From the NCBI GenBank assembly GCA_013265495.1, contig MU061579.1, positions 4,550,327 to 4,614,326 on the forward strand: DNA of 64,000 nucleotides, read 5' to 3'. This stretch comes from Vicugna vicugna (taxonomy: Eukaryota). The notes beneath the pieces are model-generated. The model saw only the letters and a list, made by a program, of their open reading frames with translations, made no database searches and had not been told where the DNA came from. Below are positions 54,771-64,000 of this stretch, in pieces (within the stretch, counting starts at the first letter, position 1; each line of letters begins with the position of its first letter). Position numbers and translations under genes: made by a program.

Positions 54771-55919
54771 ATTAAGTGTAAGCAATTTTGGAGGGAGAAA
54801 GACATTTTAGAAATTCCAGGTAACCGTTGACTTTCTGAGTGCTTCTAAAACTCATCTTTTCCCTTGCTCTGACTGTTTCCCAGAACATGTCTCTGTGTGC
54901 ATATATAGGAAATGAAAACTTATGATTTTATATATTCACATGAATATCTGAAGTTAAATTGACTCAGGAAATCACGGTCTTTGAAAGCTCATATCTGAAG
55001 AAGATTTGGCTCAAATAGTAGTAATGATATGGTTAACGGAAATATCTTTAGATAACAAAGATCATGGTAAATTGGAAGCAGCACTATATTTATAATCAGT
55101 AAACCTTGGTCTCATCCTGACGAGTTGTGAGGTATGGAATAAATAAAGGGATTGCTAATATTTGCATAGAAAATTGTCCCTTTCTTTGTACTTTTCCATA
55201 CATATGCAAGTGTTCTGCCTCTCTCATTACCTCTCCTATGCTGTTCCTATGGCTCCATTCCACAGAGAGTTGCTAGCACCTCCCAGACATAAATAAGAGA
55301 ATCAATTTCCATAAATGATACAGCCCGAGGAGTAAATTGGAAGACTTGGAAAGCAGCCAGTTCTCTAGGTTTACAGTGATGCTTCCTGCATTGCAAATCT
55401 GCTGTGCTGGGGGCATGTGAAGACAGGAAACAGCAGGCCCCTTAGTCATCTGCAGACTGCAGGGCTGTGGTGAGTCCTCCACAGGCAGGATGGCTGGAGG
55501 GTGTGCTTTCAAAGGCCCTGATGTACTCCTGACCATATGGTAGAGCTGCGGAGTGCTGGGAAACAGCACAGAGCTACCTGTTGTGCCCCAGTTAGAAACC
55601 CTGTAACTTCTGCATTATCTAAAAGGCCCAGGATAAACAGTACTAGGCCAAGGGAAAAAACAAAAACAAAAACAGTTGTTATTGTTACTAGTTATTTTGC
55701 TAATTACTAGTTACATTGACTATAATTTCTCATTTGTTTTTATTTTCTTAGGTTAACCCTTCCTATGTTGAGGTCTACAGACTAAAGAATGGTCCCTTAT
55801 GTCCTCAACATATTGAACAAATTGTCAATCTACCAAATGCAGTAAAGCAGCAGTTTATAAGAAAGAGATACCATTGCAAGTATTTAGTAGAGATGCAATA
55901 TGTTTAGCGCATTAGAATT

Positions 55920-56723
55920 TGTCTTAATCAGTTTGGGCTGCTATGCCAAAATATCATAGATGGGGTGGCTTACAAACAACAAAAATATATTCTTCGTGGC
56001 TCTGGAGGCTGGGAAGTCCAAGCACAAGGTACTGGAAGGTTCAGTGTCTGGTGAGAGTCCACTTTCTTGTACACGGAGAGTTTTCTTTTTGCTGTAAACT
56101 CACATGGCAAAGGGATAAGGTTCTCTCTGAAGCTTCTTTTATAAGAACAGTAAACCTGTTACTGAGTCCAAAATGATGGACTAGTGTCCCCAAAAGTTAA
56201 ATTTAAGCCTCTTTTATACTAGAAGTAGAGGGGGTGTGGCTGGTTGTTGCAGACTTCTTGGTGCCAGCCAGACCTCGGAGGTGATAATCCTGTGTTCCTG
56301 CAGCTATTCCTGTAAGTCTGGTTAGGATGTTCTTGTAACCCTCCAATGAGACAAATGTTGTTCTCTGTTCTGCAACTTTTTATCTCTACACGAGTGAAAA
56401 AGTGTTATACCTTTAAAGTTCAAGCCTGAGAGGCAGACCTTGAGAATGGGCTATCATGTATATTTCCAACTACAGGCAATATTCTCTTACAAAGGTGCAG
56501 AGGCAACATGATTAAGCACAGGGAACAGCATAAAAGTTAGAGCTGAAACTTAATCTGACCCAGGATGGAGTCAGGTTAGTTCTTCTCTGGTACAGTCCCA
56601 TTCATGAAGGCTCCCCCTTGACCTAATCACCTCCCAAAGGCTCCACTTCCAAATACCATCACTTTGGGGGTTAGGATTTCAACATAAGAATTTTGAAGGG
56701 ACACAGATATTCACTCTTTAGCA
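55920..56723 (-). mobile_element. MLT1A0-type MaLR LTR split by an ERV LTR
   Basis: 'tgtcttaatcagtttgggctgctat...ctggaggctgggaagtccaag' and 'gacctaatcacctcccaaagg...ttaggatttcaacataagaatttt...tttagca'; perfect TSD gaatt at 55915-55919 and 56724-56728. Confidence 0.92.
56157..56594 (-). mobile_element. ERV1-class solo LTR nested in the MLT1A0, related to the LTR at 40763
   Basis: tgttactgagtccaa...ggtaca ends; shares 'atggagtcag..tt.gt.ctt', 'caggcaa.at' and 'tctggttaggatg' motifs with the 40763-41280 LTR. Confidence 0.82.
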
Positions 56724-57199
56724 GAATTTATATACTATTAATGACTTAAAATGATAAATGTAGGGAAAGACTATTTACAATTTTTTATTCTGGTATTTTA
56801 AAACTTTCTTTTGCTTTACCTTAATTCTCCCTGCAACCTAATTAACTTGTCCATCAGCAAGAACTGAGATTTGCCTTGGAGTAATGATAAAGAGGAATTC
56901 AAACTGTTTAAAAATAATACTTGAGTTTATATTGTCACAAAGGCTAAGTTTAACTACATCTGACTTAACTTTAGGGCTCATTCAAGAACTCTGGTTGATG
57001 GTACATCATAGAACTTCTTTAAGTAGGAACCCTATAATGATATTTCTGCAAGGAAATTTTAAATTCATCAAACAATCATCCAAGGAAAGCAATAAATCTT
57101 TATTTAGACATCTCTTTTTAAAATGTATTTGATTAGATCAATGTTAGGATTTGATTTCTTACTCCCTCATATATGCAGTTCAATTTTTATTGTTAGTAT

Positions 57200-57960
57200 G
57201 TTTTTAATGAATGCATGTTATAATTCTATAATTTGCATATCCATTTTTGTATTTATGGACACTTGAGTGATTTATAGTAGTTAAATTTTTTCCTATTATG
57301 AATACAACTGTATAACATTTATTTTCAATTGAAGTATAATTTATATATTATAAAAGTCAGCCTGTAAAGAGTACAGTTATTACTTACATAAAATATATGA
57401 GACATAAAGAAAGATGTATAGTTATCACCCCTCCAAAAAGCTAAAAAATTTTGCCTAATCCAAAGTCACAAATATTTTCTTCTTAAAGCTTATAGTCTTT
57501 AATTTTATATTTAAATCTATGTTCCATTTTAAGTTATTTATTATGATGTGAGGTATAGATCAAGATTCATTATTTCTTTGAATACAGACATCTAATTTTT
57601 TCAGCATCATTTGTTCCAGCACCAGTTTTCTCAGTACAACTTATTTCTTCATTGAATTGCTTTTTCACCCTTCTGATAGATCAATTGACCACATACATGT
57701 GCATCTACATCTAGACACTCTAATATGTTCCAGTGATCTCTGAGACTATGTTTCTTCCCAGTACCACACCATCTTGATTATTGTAGTTGTTCAGTAAGTC
57801 TTGAAAGCAGATAGTGTGAGTCCTTAACTTTTATTATTTTTTTCTCAAAATTAGTTTGAGAACTTTAGATCCTGTTCCCTTTGCTATCAACTATAGAATC
57901 AGCTTATAAGTTTCAACCAAAAATTCGGCATTCAGTCTTTCAGTGTTAAGCATTTTTTGT
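57200..57960 (-). mobile_element. L1 (L1MB/MC-like) fragments
   Basis: 'ttgcctaatccaaagtcacaaa', 'cagcatcatttgtt', 'ccagtaccacaccatcttgattattgtag', 'gtaagtcttgaaa', 'tagaatcagctt'. Confidence 0.8.
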
Positions 57961-60387
57961 GCACTAGCATCCACATACATTTCAGGCCTGCTGTTATCTT
58001 TCCTACCCAGTAAGATTTCTGTAGAGGTAGGTGGAACACAAACTCATGAGAAGGAATGAGTTATGGAGGGAAGGAAAAGCAATTTATCAGTGAGAAAGGC
58101 ACAAAGGAGAAAACAATGAGTGCAGATGCTGGGTTAATTTTCAGATTGTAACAGAATGTGGGCAATATTAATAATTTAATATTGTGTGGTAAGAATGAGT
58201 TTTAGCTCTCATAAGAGTCTGGTTTATTTTTAATGTTCACTGGACCATTATAACAAAAGTTATTATACTAGCTTCAGCCGTGGAATATGTTATCAACAAG
58301 AAAATTTGGATTTTAAAATAATATTAGAAAATACTACAGAAGATGAGATATTTTTACCTAGAAAGTTTATTTTTAAAGTTATTTTCCAAGTGTTTTTGAC
58401 ATATTACATACATTTGTGACTAATAACATTTGTTCATTTTAGGGTTAATATTGGTAAAATCTTATATTAGCCTGAAAGAAGCATCATTATTCAAAGAGCA
58501 TAGCAATGATAACCATGGCAGTGGTCTGGCTGGGTGATGACAGCCACTGTACAACTGAGGAAGCAATACTGCATGGCCTGGTACCTTCTTCCTCCCTCAG
58601 ACATAATATTAGCCTTAGAGGCCCCCTCAGCATCCAGTACTCCTCTCCCCAGCTTGTGCCACTCTGTATAGGAAGTTGCAAAAGCCAAGGAGCTGAGTGA
58701 GGAGACAAGGTAGAATTGGGGAGACACTAATAAGAAAGTCACTTTTTAATTGACCCAGACAATGGAATTGATATTCCTACAATGCAATTTGTGGAGTCAA
58801 AGAAAAATTATTTTTATGCTATAGATACACATACTAAATATGCACTTAGGCTATTTTAACTTCAAGAAATATATAGTCTATATCTCTCCCATTTAATAAT
58901 AATAATTATTATTATTTTAATATTTCTGTATGTAACTAGTTATATGCTACTGGGATCTATACATGAAATTCACTTTGATTTTCCATTTTTATCCCTGATT
59001 TTCTTCTATTAAAAAATAAAATATTATGTGTCCTCACAACAACTTGTAAGATAACTATTTGAATCCATTACATACTCTATCCACCCACTGATAAAGTTAA
59101 TCTACAAATTTTTGTTGAGCACAAACTATGTTCATGGTAATATTGTTTTGTAGAACTAATAAAAGTAAAGAAAATATATCCTCTGTTTCAAATGACTTAC
59201 AGTCTAAACAGAAACAAAACAAAAACAACGAAATCAATTTAAAAAACTCAGGGACATTAAGGACGGAATGGAATTGCATTTTGGTGGCTCTTTCGATCTA
59301 TAGATGGCATAAGGTGGTATCTCTTAAAATGAAAATTTGGGAAATCTGTAGGTAAGACATCCATTTGAGCATTTCAGTATTAATTCTGAAATAAATCAAC
59401 ACAGACGCTTTTTTTTCTTACTGTTTTTCTAGTTGAACACTAAACGAAGCAGTTGGCTTCCTTGTATTTGAAGGCCAAGAAGGCAGAAGAAGAAAATTAT
59501 CTTCAAATGCTACTCAATTCACTGTTGATCATGGAAGTTGGGTATTGAAACTGGCTGAAAGAATAGCAGGTTAACCTTTACTGTATCACCTTCATTAGAA
59601 GACATCTATTCATTGAGCAGAAGGGCAAGTGGCATGCACTATTTAAATTCCTGTTCATTCTCTTTCTTTTTGCTTTCTCTGTCTTTTGATTCACTTATAG
59701 CTGACTTTCATCAGCTGAAAAATATATGCATGCTACGTCTTCAGTGTTACTTCAAAAATAATTTTAAAACTTGTATGTTAACAAACATACATGTACCATA
59801 AAGACATCATATGTACGAACTGGTTGTAAGTGTTTAAAATACAAATACACTTGACCTCCAACAATTTCTGCAAAATCCAAATCTGCAAGGATTGGCATCA
59901 AATTCCACTAAATAATTTCCCTTATCTTAGTACACATAAAGCATTAATACTAATTTGTAGATGATTTTTGAGCTAAGAACAGCAGGAGGTTTTAGTAACA
60001 ATAACTATCAAACAAAGAGATCTCTAAAAGAACTTTCAAAACACAGTATAAAAAGATATTCTTTTAACTTGGTAGTCACTCACCTTACATTTTCTGACGT
60101 TGTGCCACATTATCTTGGGGCTGATAGTAATTTGTGAAGGTCATTTCTTCAACCCTCTTCTGTTAAGAGGACTCAATTCAGACGAGGACAATTGAACACT
60201 AGATATGGGATAACAAAGGAGACAAAATAGTAGAGCGATCACAAAGGAAGAAGGGGAGTTGTAGGAGAGAAGAGAGGAATCTACAAGCAGCAATCAATTT
60301 AGAATCAGAGTTCATTGTCCTTTCAAGCAGACCATTCAATCCATTTACAGCAGTTTTTACTTTTCCTGTGGCCTAGAATTTGTTAGA

Positions 60388-60456
60388 AGAAGGAGAAGGA
60401 GAAAGAGAGGGAGAGAGGGAGGAGGAGGTGGGAGGGAAAAGGGGAGGGAGAGGGAG
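60388..60456 (+). repeat. GA-rich polypurine tract with a G-quadruplex motif
   Basis: gggagggaaaaggggagggagaggg at 60430-60454 has five G-runs of at least 3 with 1-4 nt loops. Confidence 0.75.
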
Positions 60457-60932
60457 ACCTGGCTCACTCACCCAAGCATATTGTGAAGCATTATTATAGT
60501 GCCAGAGCACATGAACTCATTATTCTGCTCGCAGTTCTTCAAGAGAGACCCTACACTTCTTCAGAAACACCAGATATTGACAAGAGAGAGTACCTGTCAT
60601 TATAGATCAAATTGGATTTAACTGTTCAGCTCAAATACAAAGCAGGCTAAGACCCAAGAAAGAAGAAGAACTGACCAGTCCCTCTGCTCTTGGGAAAACA
60701 GTAATTTTGATAACTGCAATTAGGTTCTGCCTCAAACAGAAAACCTCCTCCAAAAAACAAACAAACAAAAAAAAAACAGAGAGAGAGGATTTTCTATATT
60801 TGTAAATGTGCATTCACTACATGAATAAAACTCTCAATGCTTCTAGGCCAAGCTACTGGAGTTAGATAACTAATATTAATGGCTAAGCAAAGATGTTGCA
60901 GTCGAGTAAGTTTAATTATGGCGAACTCATTC

Positions 60933-61466
60933 TGTTGTTGAAATCAAGTTCCTGTGCCCTGTGCACAGTGAAGCCCAACAAACCAAAACGTCGGAGTCTG
61001 GAGCAGAGAAAGGAATATTTATTGCTGGACCAGGCAAGAAGAGCAGACCTGCTCCTGTTCAAAAGACCCGAACTTCCTGCTGAGTTGCAGGGAAGTTTTT
61101 GTAGGCAAAATTTGGAGGGAGGTCTTCAGGGTGTGTAGCTCCTCTGATTGGTTGGTGGTGAGGCAACCAGTCCGGGGTCCACATGTTTGTGCTCCACCTG
61201 AACTGATCATTCTTGACCTGCAGGAAGCTTTAGTTCCCGGAGAACTCAAGATTAAGAACTCAAGAACTCAAGAACTCAAAGATAAACATCAGATTGTTAC
61301 GCACATCCCCAGGCCCACGCCCCATCCTGCGCTATTGTTTCTGTCTTCATTCCTCACTTCTCCAATTAGTAACTGTTTAAATCTGCTTTTTCCTACATAC
61401 AAGAAATGGAGGACAGAGAAAAGCCATCGTATTTGGGAGGGCCCCAAGGGTTCCTGCACGATTTCA
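60933..61466 (-). mobile_element. ERV solo LTR
   Basis: tgttgttgaa...atttca ends; minus-strand AATAAA (tttatt near 61018) and CCAAT (attgg near 61147); internal agaactca repeats. Confidence 0.85.
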
Positions 61467-61529
61467 ATCTAGCACTTTTCCACCTTCAGTAATACAAGCC
61501 TGTTTTATTCAAAAGTTTAATCACACAAA

Positions 61530-61557
61530 CCTATCTGTCTATCTATCTATCTATCTG
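61530..61557. repeat. (CTAT)n tetranucleotide microsatellite
   Basis: ctatctgtctatctatctatctatctg. Confidence 0.8.
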
Positions 61558-62109
61558 ATGTCTAGATTTAAGTCATTCAAAAATTTAATCTCATATAACA
61601 GTATTTCTAGATATATAAACACAACTATTTAGCTTAAGAAAACGTGGTCAAAAAAAAAAAACCATGCTCTTCAGCCTGTTGTGTTTCCATGACTAACACC
61701 TTCTCAAATAAAGTAGGGTGTTAAGCTGAGGAAATTTGAAAACCCAGAAATTTTAAATCACTAGGATACAACTTAGTACATCAAGTGGCAGCATTAATAA
61801 TGTAACAGATAGAACATTTTTGTAAATTCCTGTTGATGAAAGACACAATTGCCTTATAACTCATCAACAGTCCTAGGCCCTATTCTATTTCATAAAAATC
61901 TTTTGAGGGCTTTGCAAATGCCTAGGACTGAACATCTTTTTTTTTTATCATTTACTCTGTACTTCAACTTTATCAATAGTATGGTTATAAATGACCTGAA
62001 AGAGCCTCTTAGAGCACATGACATACTCAGTGTGGTGAAGCACACTGTGTGATATTGCAAACTCTTCAAATTATTTTTGGAATGAATTTAACTCCACCAT
62101 ACTTGGGAA

Positions 62110-62184
62110 CTCTCTCTCTCTCTCTCTTTTACCCACACATACCCACATCCACACACACACGCACACACACATGCACACACACAC
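62110..62184. repeat. Compound (CT)n/(CA)n microsatellite
   Basis: Read directly. Confidence 0.85.
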
Positions 62185-64000
62185 AGGGTATATTATTTCT
62201 ATTGGCTGAAAATAAGTAAAGCCAGAGAGAATTTAGCATTTTCTCGTAATAGGATTAAAACAATTTCCTTATAGCATGGACATACATAAATGACCTATGT
62301 ATTATATTCTTAATAAATCCAGTGTTTATTTCTAATCCCAAATTAATATATATATACACATATATGTATACATACACACATATATGCATATATTTATATG
62401 AAATATTTTGTAAGTCTATCAAATTTTTAATTTTATTTTTTAATAAACTGAATATTTTAAAATTGTGTTAAACCTAATAGATATATGCCAGTATTTATAG
62501 CTATGGAAAGATGAACTTTTTTTGAAAGTGCCTATACCATGCAATAGGCATTATTTTATTGTCAACTGTTCAGATCTAATACAGTCCTGATACAGCTAAA
62601 ATGCAATATTTTTTTAAAAGCATTCCATTTTGAGTTTTCACTTTAAATGTAGGAGGAAGAGTGAAAAGATCTAATTTCTTCCTTATGAGTTATCATTGAG
62701 TCTAGCCATTAAAAAAAAAACTTAATAATATATAGGTTTCATTTTATTTTTATACACAAAAGACTAACTCCAGCAAAACTTAGATAATATCTCTTTTGAG
62801 AAAAGTAGTGTGATACTTTTGACAGTTCCTTGACTTCCTTTTGGGTGACCCTGAATTGGTAATGATATCTTATGTTTAAGAAGGATCATCAATCTTAGAG
62901 CATCTCAGTGACAATCTCAGTGTCAATTTCTTTATCACGTTGGATACATACCTGAAATGCTTGTACTTATACTGAATGAAGAGATCCTCAGGGTTACATA
63001 AATAACCACTAGCACAGAACAAAGTCATCCATTCTTTAAAGAAATAGGTAATTTATCTCAATCTTTATAAAAAAGTGATTGAAACTAGTGGGAAAAAGTC
63101 ATGAAACCAAAGTGATGATACATTTCATTTTATATCTTGGGGAGCTGGAAGTTTTGTTATTCTATGGTCTAATCATTTCTCAAATGCTGTTATAATTCCC
63201 ACAACTATTGCTGTGGAGTTGTGCATTACTAAATCTTAATCATGATTTTAAAGTCAACATCAATGATTTGTTGAAATATGTTTCTTAAAAATCTTAAGAG
63301 TGAATTTCCTGTTTTACTTTGAATAGCATGGGGTATTAGCTTAAATCTTCTGCTAACTTTTTCCCTATTTTAAAATGCAGTTAGAACCCCCAAAACTGTA
63401 TCTCAGAATTTCTGTGAGATCCACACTTCGTGTGCGACTGGCTGTTAGTATCCCTCCCCACCCTTGCCTCAAATCAAAAATTTTGTGAATCTGATTATTG
63501 TCTAGGGTTTCTGACCTCAAGTGAAAGAGGTGTCCATCCCTCCAATTGCATAAGCCAAACACAATAAGCCAAACATTTGGGAGCCATTTCCTTTCACTCA
63601 TCTTCAATATCTAAGGTCTCACCAAGATCTGATCAGTTTTAGTTTCCAGACATTTTTCAATTATATAACCTGCTGTCATAAATCTCCAGGATACAGCACC
63701 ATGCCCATGTGTTTTTACTGCACTTACGTTTTTTTTTTTCATTTGTTTGTTTAAATAGCCTCCTCTCCTTTAATATGTATTCTACAAATTGTTCACCTTG
63801 AGTGTGGCATCTTCTCCCTGCCAGTACCCTGATTAATACAATAATAATATTTATTTATCTAATAAGATTTTTGTGAAGAGTAAATGCAGCAATACGTATA
63901 GAGTACTGAGAACAGTGCTTATAACATTAAAAAACCCACAATAAATATTAGCCATTTTTACCAAATATTTCAATTGTAGGTATATATTTATACCTTAGCA

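Noticed and set aside
55300..55620. GC-richer patch with a 98-aa ORF (similar patch at 58490-58740)
   Set aside because: No recognisable protein; probably ancient LTR remnants, but I cannot assign a family or ends.
59410..59560. Acceptor followed by purine-rich exon-like sequence
   Set aside because: Stops in all three frames shortly after the AG and no strong donor.
60893..61472. Overlapping 76-113 aa ORFs
   Set aside because: They lie within a solo LTR and show no gag, pol or env similarity.

Overview
AT-rich, CpG-poor mammalian non-coding DNA, either a gene desert or a large intron. Two tRNA-derived SINEs resemble the camelid vic-1 family and the L1 3' ends look cetartiodactyl-type, which suggests a camelid; this is an inference from recalled repeat sequences. 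I found no credible protein-coding gene, RNA gene, CRISPR array or prokaryotic system, and the ORF track is explained by chance, repeats and a (CTT)n tract. Most recognisable sequence is interspersed repeat: L1 fragments (several with target-site duplications, two with twin-priming 5' inversions), solo ERV/MaLR LTRs, MIR, L2 and one MER3/MER33-like hAT element. The items most worth checking are a 58-bp near-perfect duplication 1,078 bp apart, a 26-bp perfect palindrome inside a larger inverted repeat, three motif-dense or CpG-retaining candidate regulatory elements, and two candidate small exons. I could not support a previously undescribed biological system. Repeat family names were assigned by eye, so boundaries without a TSD are approximate.
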